A stretch of 64,000 nt of DNA from Saprospiraceae bacterium (GTDB lineage: Bacteria; Bacteroidota; Bacteroidia; Chitinophagales; Saprospiraceae), in NCBI GenBank assembly GCA_027486765.1, contig JAIXOO010000063.1:12890-76889 (forward strand), read 5' to 3'. Every line of letters begins with the position of its first letter. Position 1 is the first letter of the stretch. Made by a program: the position numbers and the translations under genes. Of the stretch, positions 9,634-17,311 are shown piece by piece. A model generated the notes under the pieces. It did no database searches, was not told where the DNA came from, and saw only the letters and a program-made list of their open reading frames with translations.

Positions 9634-9719
9634 GTGTGCCTTCAGTGCCTTAGGTTTCTTAGGTGGTGAAGAAAAACATTATTCCACTACCTAAGAAACC
9701 TAAGGCACTGTAGGTACAC
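9634..9719. repeat. Long inverted repeat between convergent genes, possible bidirectional terminator
   Basis: Arms of about 36 bp with few mismatches, each built from short repeated units (CTTAGGT, GTGCC). Confidence 0.8.
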
Positions 9720-9727
9720 CTAAGTAG

Positions 9728-10459
9728 TTATTCTCTGCTGACCACATCCCCCGAACCCGAAACCTTCGAATTCATTCGTGGCCGCCCCTTATAATACACA
9801 TCACCGGACCCGCTGATCCGCACATCCAGATTTTCAGTACTGTGGATGGACGTGTTCCCTGAACCAGAAATCTGGATCGTAGCGGCTTCCACCTGCACAC
9901 CAATTGCAGAAATATCCCCGGAACCAGAGACGCTGGAATTCCAGGACTTGGCATTTCCTTTCAAGTTCATGTCACCAGAACCACTGATGCGCACTTCTAC
10001 ATCCGTTGCGTCAAAATCGAGATTCATGTTGCCGGAGCCAGAAATACCCAGTGCCAATGCACCGAGGTTTTTGAATGGAGTTTCCCCTTTAATGTCGCCG
10101 GAGCCGCTGATTTTTACGGCATTCAGTTTAGGCACGGTGATGTACACATTGAATTTGTCGTAACGACCTACGTTTTCGGTGAAGCGGATTTTCCAATGTT
10201 TGTCGACCACTTCTTTGGAGAGCAAACTGATCAGGTTTTCGTGTGATTCCACCTCTATTTTTTGTTCACTGCCCTGGCGCACGTAAACGTTGCCAGAGAA
10301 GGTCAGGCTAAACCCCTCAAAAGAAGAAACGTCTAGCGTTTTGCGTACAATGGCACCTTTGCCTTGTACACCATTGCCCCAACCCCAGGAGTTTTGGGCG
10401 GATAAGGATAGACCAGTCAGTAATAGAGTCAGGGTGAACAATGAGCTTAATGATTTCAT
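9728..10459 (-). CDS. Head GIN domain (DUF2807-like) secreted protein
   Basis: Signal peptide followed by repeated ISGSG(D/N) beta-solenoid turns. Confidence 0.9.
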   Translation of the reverse strand: MKSLSSLFTLTLLLTGLSLSAQNSWGWGNGVQGKGAIVRKTLDVSSFEGFSLTFSGNVYVRQGSEQKIEVESHENLISLLSKEVVDKHWKIRFTENVGRYDKFNVYITVPKLNAVKISGSGDIKGETPFKNLGALALGISGSGNMNLDFDATDVEVRISGSGDMNLKGNAKSWNSSVSGSGDISAIGVQVEAATIQISGSGNTSIHSTENLDVRISGSGDVYYKGRPRMNSKVSGSGDVVSRE

Positions 10460-10704
10460 CGAAGTGTTTTTTAGTATTCTCTTTCTGAGATGCTAAAAAG
10501 GACGAGTGCCCCCCAGCATAGGTTGCTTTTTTTGCCAAAAATCTTTTTAAACCATTTTTTTTGGTTAAAACAATCCTAATTTTCCTTCAAAAAGAGCGGA
10601 TTTTTGGCAGTTATGTTAAAGTAAAGTTACACCCCTCATCACGCTTTAAACTGGAGCTTTTCGAGCCAGTCTAATGGACAAATAACCAAAAAATCCTGTT
10701 TACT

Positions 10705-11103
10705 ATGAAAAAGATGATTGCTCTGCTGGCGCTGATTGTGCCAATGTTCTTGCTCGGAATGGTTGATGCACAAGCACAAGGCCGCTGGGAATTTTTAGGC
10801 AAACGTGCCGTCAATTATGGTTTGGATCGCGATGTGATCCCGGTTACCTGGCGCGATGGCGCTTTTGATGGGCTCAAAATTGAAGTCAAAGGAGGTGCGC
10901 TGAACATGCGCAAATGTGTGGTTCATTTCGAAAATGGCGGCAAACAAGAAATTGACCTGCGCCACAACTTTGACCGTGGCAGTGATTCAAGAGTAGTGGA
11001 TTTGCGTGGCAACAACCGTTTGGTTGAAAAAATCGAATTTTGGTACGACACCAAAAATGCTGCACGCAATAAGGCGGTGGTGTTTGTCTACGGAAGGCAT
11101 TAA
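10705..11103 (+). CDS. Secreted protein, DUF2541-like
   Basis: Signal peptide; WEFLG...DRDVI...V.FENG...SRVVDLRG..R.VEKIEFWY pattern. Confidence 0.75.
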   Translation: MKKMIALLALIVPMFLLGMVDAQAQGRWEFLGKRAVNYGLDRDVIPVTWRDGAFDGLKIEVKGGALNMRKCVVHFENGGKQEIDLRHNFDRGSDSRVVDLRGNNRLVEKIEFWYDTKNAARNKAVVFVYGRH

Positions 11104-11143
11104 CTGCTAAAAATAGACTGCTTTTAAGTCGGGTTTAAATGGC

Positions 11144-11180
11144 GAAGGCAAGTTCAGTACAACTGACTTGCCTTCTTTCG
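11144..11180 (+). terminator. Hairpin terminator between convergent genes
   Basis: GAAGGCAAGT at 11144-11153 pairs with ACTTGCCTTC at 11166-11175, followed by TTT. Confidence 0.6.
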
Positions 11181-11233
11181 TATTACCTCAAATGGTGTAA
11201 ATAAGCGAAAATAATTATTAGCAGTTGATGCGT

Positions 11234-12238
11234 TTAAAATGCGTTCACCCCGTTAACGGTGGTATATTTAAAGCTCAATTTTTTGTCTGGATTCACCCGT
11301 TTAAAGGCCGATTGGCACATCAAGGTAGCTTCGTGGAAACCGCACAAGATCAGTTTCAACTTGCCTTGGTAAGTATTGATGTCACCAATGGCGTACACTC
11401 CCGGGATGTTGGTGCTGTAATCCAAGGTATTTACTTCAATGGCGTTTTTATCCACATTCAAGCCCCAGCTGCCCAAAGGCCCGAGTTCGGGCGACAAGCC
11501 AAAAAGTGGGATAAAATAATCCGTAGGGCGTACCACTTCTCCCTTTTCCTTGGTATCAATCACCACATCGGTCAACACTCCATTGCCACGCAGACCAGTA
11601 GTTTGTGAGTCAGTCAACAAGTCAATGCGGCCACTGTGGGCCAACTCGTGTACTTTTTCTACTGAATCGGGTGCGCCACGGAAGTCCTTACGGCGGTGAA
11701 TCAGCGTCACTTCACTGGCTACTTCGGCCAGGAAAATGGTCCAGTCCAACGCGGAGTCACCTCCACCAGCGATCACTACCCGTTTATTGCGGTATTTTTC
11801 TGGATCCCGGATGATGTAATCGATGCCTTTGTCCTCAAAACGCTCCAGGTTCTCAAGTGGTGGTTTGCGGGGTTCAAAACAACCCAATCCGCCCGCAATG
11901 GCGATCACGGGTGCCTTAATTTGGGTGCCTTTGCTGGTAGTCAGCAGAAAGTGCCCATTTTCGAGTTGTTCAAATTTTTCAGCCCGCTCACCCAGGGTAA
12001 AGCCGGGTTTAAAAGGCTCAATTTGCTCCATCAGGCGATCAACCAAATCACCAGCCAAAATAGAAGGATACCCAGGGATATCGTAAATTGGCTTTTTTGG
12101 ATAAATTTCAGCCAATTGACCACCAGGTACTGGCAGTGAATCCACCAGGTGGCAGCGCATCTTCAACAATCCGGCCTCGAATACTGTGAAGAGCCCTACT
12201 GGCCCTGCTCCTACAATGAGAATGTCTGTCTGGATCAT
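11234..12238 (-). CDS. Thioredoxin-reductase-type ferredoxin-NADP+ reductase
   Basis: GAGPVG FAD site, GGQLAEIYPKKPIYDIPG, GGGDSALDW; no CxxC redox pair. Confidence 0.9.
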   Translation of the reverse strand: MIQTDILIVGAGPVGLFTVFEAGLLKMRCHLVDSLPVPGGQLAEIYPKKPIYDIPGYPSILAGDLVDRLMEQIEPFKPGFTLGERAEKFEQLENGHFLLTTSKGTQIKAPVIAIAGGLGCFEPRKPPLENLERFEDKGIDYIIRDPEKYRNKRVVIAGGGDSALDWTIFLAEVASEVTLIHRRKDFRGAPDSVEKVHELAHSGRIDLLTDSQTTGLRGNGVLTDVVIDTKEKGEVVRPTDYFIPLFGLSPELGPLGSWGLNVDKNAIEVNTLDYSTNIPGVYAIGDINTYQGKLKLILCGFHEATLMCQSAFKRVNPDKKLSFKYTTVNGVNAF

Positions 12239-12284
12239 TTGTTTGGATCAATTTTAACAGAAAAAGTGCACAAATTTACAACGA

Positions 12285-13010
12285 TTATTTGTGTTTGTTG
12301 ACGAAAAAACCGGGATGTAATCCACATTCTGTTTTTCCAGTTCCTGCCCAGCGACCTTCGCGGCCTTTGCCTTTTTGGGTACAATGGGTGCATCCAATTG
12401 AGCCATAGCCCTGACTTTCCAGTGGGTGTTGGGGCAAATTGAACCAGGAAGACCAGTACAAATAATCCCCTTCAGTCAGGTCGATCAATGGATGGAATTT
12501 TATGATGTCGCCCTGCTGCTCAAAAATACGCAGGTGCGAACGGAAATCTGTTTGATACGCCATCAAACCCGAAATCCACACTTTGTGCTCCTCCTTGAGG
12601 GGCTCCAGGGGAACCACTTTGTTGATGGAGCAACACATTTTGGGATGGTCTTTCCACCACTCCTCGTCACGAGTCAGGGCATTTTGGGTTGGGTCGGGAA
12701 GAACATTGATTACATTGAGTCGGTACAACTCGGTGAGTTCTTCTTTGTAGGCAAGGGTTTCGGGAAAATGGTAAGTGGTATCGATGAAATATACCTTCTG
12801 GGCGGGCCGGTGCTCGGAAATTAACCGCAGCAGAAATGCAGCGCTGGCACCAAAGGAAGAAGTCATCAAGACTTCATTGTCATCGAAAATTTCATACAAC
12901 TTCTGAATACGCTCCTCAAAATTCAGTGGCTCAAAAATCTCATTCAGGTACTCTACACTATACTCCTCTACGTCGAGTTCAGGAGTAGGTAAGGCTTGTG
13001 ATGTCGACAT
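12285..13010 (-). CDS. cysH: (Phospho)adenosine phosphosulfate reductase
   Basis: TSSFG, FIDTTYHF, CCSINKV, GYGSIGCTHCT and EGRWAG...TECGLH. The CC and CxxC motifs point to the [4Fe-4S] APS-reductase type. Confidence 0.93.
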   Translation of the reverse strand: MSTSQALPTPELDVEEYSVEYLNEIFEPLNFEERIQKLYEIFDDNEVLMTSSFGASAAFLLRLISEHRPAQKVYFIDTTYHFPETLAYKEELTELYRLNVINVLPDPTQNALTRDEEWWKDHPKMCCSINKVVPLEPLKEEHKVWISGLMAYQTDFRSHLRIFEQQGDIIKFHPLIDLTEGDYLYWSSWFNLPQHPLESQGYGSIGCTHCTQKGKGREGRWAGTGKTECGLHPGFFVNKHK

Positions 13011-13022
13011 GCTATTTGTTGT

Positions 13023-13155
13023 GTTGAGGAGGTTGAGAAGGTTTAGGAGGTTTAGGAAGGTTTAGGCTACCGCGAGCGAATTTGACAAAGTCCTTGTCTA
13101 AGTTGCTTGCGGTAGCCTAAACCTTCCTAAACCTCCCTCAACCTTCTCAACCTTC
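13023..13155. repeat. Composite palindromic repeat, copy B (GGCTACCGC core with 9-10-mer arms)
   Basis: 53-bp core at 13065..13117; left arm GGTTGAGAA/GGTTTAGGA units mirrored by TAAACCTTCC/TCAACCTTC units on the right. Confidence 0.9.
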
Positions 13156-13156
13156 T

Positions 13157-13801
13157 TTATTTTTTCAAAAATTCAATACAATTCCCAGTACAGTTGCCCC
13201 CACATTCACATCCCGCCATGCCCGTTAGCAAGGTTGAGGTAATTTGATTGAGCATCCGCACTTTATGCGCGAAATCGCCACCGAGACGGTCGCGGATTTC
13301 GTTGAGTTTAGGCAGTAGGTCTTCCACTTCTTCCGGCAACGCGGCCTCCAATACCTGGCGGAAACGTTTGGCAAAAGTCGGCGACTGCCCATTCGTTGAA
13401 ATTCCAATTTTCAAAGGCCCGCGGGTCACGATTGATCCGAGGTAAAAATCACAGAGATCAGGTGTATCGGCTACGTTGATCAACTTGCCACTTGCTTTGG
13501 CGGCTTGTTGCACTTCGCGGTTCAATTCCGGGATGTTCGTTGCGGCAATGATCAGATCATGCCCCTGAAGATCCTCGATCTGAAAAGCTTTGTGCTGAAT
13601 TTGTACAAAGTGGGTTCCGATCTGACTCAGCAATTTTTCAATCTCCGGGTTTACCCAAGTGGCTACCATTGTAACCTGGGCTTTGGGGCTGCTTTTGAGG
13701 ATGAACGAGAGTTTTTCGTAACCCACTTCCCCGGCGCCTACTATGAGGGTACGCAGGGTGTGTAGTTTCAAAAAAACCGGATACAACTCGTTTTGCTCCA
13801 T
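13157..13801 (-). CDS. Precorrin-2 dehydrogenase / sirohydrochlorin ferrochelatase (SirC, CysG N-terminal-like)
   Basis: YPVFLKL, IVGAGEVG, NVADTPDLCDFY and ISTNGQSP. Probable ATG at 13801, just after the cobA stop; the ORF track starts at 13855. Confidence 0.9.
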   Translation of the reverse strand: MEQNELYPVFLKLHTLRTLIVGAGEVGYEKLSFILKSSPKAQVTMVATWVNPEIEKLLSQIGTHFVQIQHKAFQIEDLQGHDLIIAATNIPELNREVQQAAKASGKLINVADTPDLCDFYLGSIVTRGPLKIGISTNGQSPTFAKRFRQVLEAALPEEVEDLLPKLNEIRDRLGGDFAHKVRMLNQITSTLLTGMAGCECGGNCTGNCIEFLKK

Positions 13802-13802
13802 C

Positions 13803-14606
13803 TTAGACGCTGATGTGTTCATTGGTAACTTTCCCCTTTTTTGACAAAGCCACATAATTTGGCTCGGCTTGTTTGTATTGAGGGTGCAAAGCTACTACAT
13901 CTCCAATAACTATAATGCCTGGAGAACTCGCATCAGCCATTGCTACACGTTCAGACAGGTTGTGTACACGCCCCAAGACAACTTTTTCCTCGGGCGTAGA
14001 ACCATTTTGAACCACCATAGCTGGAGTATCTTTTTTACCTAGGGCCGTATAAATGTCCATGATGTCACCGAGCTTGCGCATGCCCATCAAGATGACCGCA
14101 GTAGCACTGGACTGAGCCGCCAATTCTACATCTTTGGAGATGCTGCCCGAGCGGGTTGTACCCGTTACCACCCAAAAACTTTCATTGATGCCCCGACAAG
14201 TTACCGGAACACCTTGCAAGCCCGGAACTGCGATGCAGGAAGAAAGCCCTGGAACGATGTCCACTTTGATACCAAACATGGCCGCATGGGCCATTTCTTC
14301 GTAGCCACGACCAAAAACGAAGGGGTCGCCACCTTTCAGACGCACCACATGACCATGATTCATGGCGTATTCTACCAACATCCAGTTGATGTCTTCCTGA
14401 GGGTGGGTGTGTTTGGAGGCGCGTTTGCCAACATCCACCAGGATCGCACCGGGGCGCACCATGTCGAGCACATCGTCGCTTACCAGAGCGTCGTAGAGTA
14501 CGACGTCGGCTTGCTGAAGCGCTTTCCAGGCTTTGATCGTGAGCAGTTCTGGATCACCAGGACCTGCACCAACGAGGGTTATTTTGGGTATGATTGGATT
14601 GGTCAT
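13803..14606 (-). CDS. cobA: Uroporphyrinogen-III C-methyltransferase
   Basis: LVGAGPGDPELLT, VVRLKGGDPFVFGRG and VPGLSS motifs. Confidence 0.95.
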   Translation of the reverse strand: MTNPIIPKITLVGAGPGDPELLTIKAWKALQQADVVLYDALVSDDVLDMVRPGAILVDVGKRASKHTHPQEDINWMLVEYAMNHGHVVRLKGGDPFVFGRGYEEMAHAAMFGIKVDIVPGLSSCIAVPGLQGVPVTCRGINESFWVVTGTTRSGSISKDVELAAQSSATAVILMGMRKLGDIMDIYTALGKKDTPAMVVQNGSTPEEKVVLGRVHNLSERVAMADASSPGIIVIGDVVALHPQYKQAEPNYVALSKKGKVTNEHISV

Positions 14607-14618
14607 GTTTCTTTTTTT

Positions 14619-14708
14619 CCCACGGCTAAAGCCATGGGTTGGTGATCTTGGGATGCTTTACCCACGAATAAATTCATGGGTTGCGTGGGTTAAACGGCTA
14701 AAGCCGTT
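14619..14708. repeat. Cluster of three REP-like palindromes
   Basis: CCCACGGCTAAAGCCATGGG (14619-14638), CCCACGAATAAATTCATGGG (14661-14680), AACGGCTAAAGCCGTT (14693-14708). Confidence 0.85.
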
Positions 14709-14719
14709 GGTTGTCCGGG

Positions 14720-16876
14720 TTACGCGCGATAGTAATCGCCGACTACCTTTTTATCGATGCCGTTGCTTCCTTCCAATTGAACTTCACGCTGTGCGATGAC
14801 CGAGCGTACAAAAGCATCTGCTTGAGCAACGTAGTCGCTGGCGAAGTTTTCTTCTGGTTCGTATTGGTTGATTTGCAAAACGGTTGCAGTAAAATCCTTC
14901 AGCAGGGTATAATCACCCGTCGCTACGTAGTGGGTTTGAAAGTCGTCGATGACACCTTTTTGGGTGTTGCACTTCACGTCTTTGCTCAACAACATCCCCT
15001 TGGCAGCCACCACAAAGGATGCGTAGCTGGAATAAATCGCATCCGACCACAGGCCTTGTTCGAGGGATTCTTTTGCCACGGCAATTTTGTCAATGGCGTC
15101 TTTGAGGATTACCCCAACCATGTCCAGCATGACCCCGGCGCATTCGCCTACCCCGATTTCCTGCTTGTACAGGCGATCCTGGCCCCAGTCAAAATATTCC
15201 TCCTGGGTCATGGTTTTGAGATCAGCCAATGGTTTTAGCAGCGCGTAGAAGTATTTGTCGCCCTGGCGGAGGAAGTAATCGTTGTAGTATTCTCCTTCGC
15301 CACCATTTTTTTCAAAGTCATCCAACACGTATCGCACTACATCGGGGATACGTTTGGTAGGCACTTTGACAATTTTGTCGGCGATGAAGCCGCGCCCATC
15401 AGGGGCAACTCCACCGCCCAAAACGACCTGCATAGCTGGAATAACCAAATCCCCGTGTTTGAATGAACTACCGTGGAAACCCAAATTGGCAGCCATGTGC
15501 TGGCCGCAGGCGTTCATACAACCACTTATTTTTATCTTAAAAAACTTCTCGTCGATCAATTCAGGATACTCTTCCCGAATCAACTCCTCCAAAATCCTGG
15601 ACAATCCGGTGCTGTTCGTTACCCCCAGTGCACAAGTATCGGTGCCTGGACAAGCGGTAATGTCGGCAGTAGAATCGGCACCTGGCAGAGCCAACCCCAG
15701 TTCGTGCAATTTGTTGAACCAAAGTGGCAATGCCTCAGGGCGAACAAATTTCAGCAAAATGCCCTGGTTGATGGTAAAGCGGATGTCATCAGCGGCGTAT
15801 TGTTTGATGACTGCAGCCAAGGCACGTGCCTTGTCGGAAGGTAAGTCGCCCAATACTACGCGCACATACACGCCATAATACCCTTTTTGCTTTTGTTCAA
15901 AAGTGTTGGTACGCTTCCATTCCTGGTACCAGTGTTCGTCTACGGGGGCTAACTCAGCCGGGATGATGCCTTGTCCAATTGGTGCTTCTTCAGGCACCAG
16001 GTTGCGATCAATGGCAACTGTTTTATTTTTCAGCGCTTTCCATTCTTGAGTTACCAGTTCCATCCAAGCTTCAAAACCCAGTTTTTGGATGAGGAACTTC
16101 ATCCGTGCCTTCATGCGTTTTTCCCGCTCGCCGTAGCGGTCGAATACCCGTATGCCAGCTTCCATGAAAGGAATAATTTGGTCTTCGACCAAAAATTCGT
16201 AAGCCACCAAACCTGTAATTGCTTGGGCACCCAAGCCACCACCAACTAGTACTTTAAAGCCACGTTGTTCCTGGCCATCCACTACTTGTACTTTGGGGAT
16301 AAAGCCATAATCATGGAAATACGTGAAAGCAGAATCTTCTTCGCTGGAAGAAAAGGCAATTTTGATTTTGCGACCCATTTCCTGACAGATCGGGTTGCGC
16401 AAGAAGTATTGGAAAGATGCTTCGGCATAAGGAGAAACATCAAATGGTTCTTTTGGGTCGATTCCGGCGGTAGGCGAAGCGGTGAAGTTCCGTACAGTAT
16501 TGCCACAAGCTTCACGCGCCGTAAGGTTCATTTGCGCCAACTCCGTCCATACTTTGGGAGAATTTGCCAGTTTTACATAGTGCAACTGGATGTTTTGACG
16601 GGTTGTGATGTGCAGGTTACCCGTAGCATAACGGTCAGATACATCTGCAATGCGCACCAACTGGTCTGAATTGATGCGACCATAAGGCAATTTGAGACGA
16701 AACATTTGCACCCCTTCCTGGCGCTGGCCATACACACCTCTGGTCAGGCGATACAAGCGGAAACGCTCGGTATCTTCTTTGCCCCGCTGAAAATCATGGA
16801 TGCGGCGCTCCAATTCCTGGATGTCTTTTTGATCTGCTGCACTTACGGTAGAAAAGTCGTGTTCGTAATTGCTCAT
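14720..16876 (-). CDS. Ferredoxin-dependent sulfite/nitrite reductase with a C-terminal HEPN-like domain
   Basis: GVYGQRQ, TTRQNIQLH, EACGNTVRN and siroheme-[4Fe-4S] cysteines (ACPGTDTC, GCMNACG). The operon with cysH and siroheme genes favours sulfite reductase. Confidence 0.92.
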   Translation of the reverse strand: MSNYEHDFSTVSAADQKDIQELERRIHDFQRGKEDTERFRLYRLTRGVYGQRQEGVQMFRLKLPYGRINSDQLVRIADVSDRYATGNLHITTRQNIQLHYVKLANSPKVWTELAQMNLTAREACGNTVRNFTASPTAGIDPKEPFDVSPYAEASFQYFLRNPICQEMGRKIKIAFSSSEEDSAFTYFHDYGFIPKVQVVDGQEQRGFKVLVGGGLGAQAITGLVAYEFLVEDQIIPFMEAGIRVFDRYGEREKRMKARMKFLIQKLGFEAWMELVTQEWKALKNKTVAIDRNLVPEEAPIGQGIIPAELAPVDEHWYQEWKRTNTFEQKQKGYYGVYVRVVLGDLPSDKARALAAVIKQYAADDIRFTINQGILLKFVRPEALPLWFNKLHELGLALPGADSTADITACPGTDTCALGVTNSTGLSRILEELIREEYPELIDEKFFKIKISGCMNACGQHMAANLGFHGSSFKHGDLVIPAMQVVLGGGVAPDGRGFIADKIVKVPTKRIPDVVRYVLDDFEKNGGEGEYYNDYFLRQGDKYFYALLKPLADLKTMTQEEYFDWGQDRLYKQEIGVGECAGVMLDMVGVILKDAIDKIAVAKESLEQGLWSDAIYSSYASFVVAAKGMLLSKDVKCNTQKGVIDDFQTHYVATGDYTLLKDFTATVLQINQYEPEENFASDYVAQADAFVRSVIAQREVQLEGSNGIDKKVVGDYYRA

Positions 16877-16923
16877 GGTTTTTGTGTGTGGCCCACGATT
16901 TGAGTCGCGGTATGTTTTGGATT

Positions 16924-16961
16924 AAAAAAGCCCTGTCAGATAGAATCCGGCAGGGCTTTTT
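16924..16961 (-). terminator. Intrinsic terminator in the 5' leader of the sulfur operon (attenuator)
   Basis: Minus strand reads AAAAAGCCCTGCCGGATTCTATCTGACAGGGCTTTTTT: GC-rich stem plus U6, ending 47 nt before the start codon at 16876. Confidence 0.85.
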
Positions 16962-16992
16962 ATGCTAAAGGACAATATATGTACACATCAAG

Positions 16993-17085
16993 CTATACCC
17001 CTGCCAGTCGGCTGCAACAGCACGCACAACAACAACCCATCGTTGGGTTATTCAGTGTGGACAGTGGCTTGGATGTTGCGAGCAT
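16993..17085 (-). CDS. Cys-rich leader peptide MLATSKPLSTLNNPTMGCCCACCCSRLAGV (predicted attenuator peptide)
   Basis: Hand translation: ATG at 17085, second in-frame ATG at 17040, TGT TGT TGT GCG TGC TGT TGC, TAG at 16993-16995. It lies between a promoter and the terminator. Confidence 0.8.
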   Translation of the reverse strand: MLATSKPLSTLNNPTMGCCCACCCSRLAGV

Positions 17086-17146
17086 ATTTTTGTGTTTTGG
17101 ACCAGTTGCATCGCAATATTGCTTGCACTAGTGTGATTTCACAGTG

Positions 17147-17177
17147 CAAGTATAGGGGCATTTTTTTTTCCGTGCAA
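17147..17177 (-). promoter_or_regulatory. Promoter of the leader peptide and sulfur operon
   Basis: Minus-strand TTG (17175-17177), 20-nt spacer, TATACTTG (17147-17154; one mismatch to TAnnTTTG). Confidence 0.6.
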
Positions 17178-17259
17178 TTATTTTAAGAGAATTTTATCAT
17201 TTTTTTGATGTCAAAATACTTGAACATATATTCATATGTCCCTTTAATCGTGAATTTTG

Positions 17260-17293
17260 TACGTTCAGGGTGCTTAAAAACACCCTGAACGTA
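17260..17293. terminator. Hairpin downstream of the S8 peptidase
   Basis: Perfect 13-bp stem TACGTTCAGGGTG/CACCCTGAACGTA; no strong U-tract. Confidence 0.5.
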
Positions 17294-17311
17294 ACTTATT
17301 TGATTACAAAA

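Noticed and set aside
16880-17110. SAM riboswitch upstream of the sulfur operon
   Set aside because: I could not find SAM-I or SAM-II conserved cores by eye. The Cys-codon ORF with its antiterminator explains the terminator better. An Rfam scan would settle it.
17161-17169. T9 tract in the promoter spacer as a phase-variation switch, and A8 runs in EPS genes (48106, 57512)
   Set aside because: Runs of 8-9 A/T are common in AT-rich sequence, and there is no evidence of variation.
16962-17186. 74-aa plus-strand ORF in the track
   Set aside because: It is antisense to the leader peptide and terminator; its HNNN stretch is only the complement of the Cys codons.
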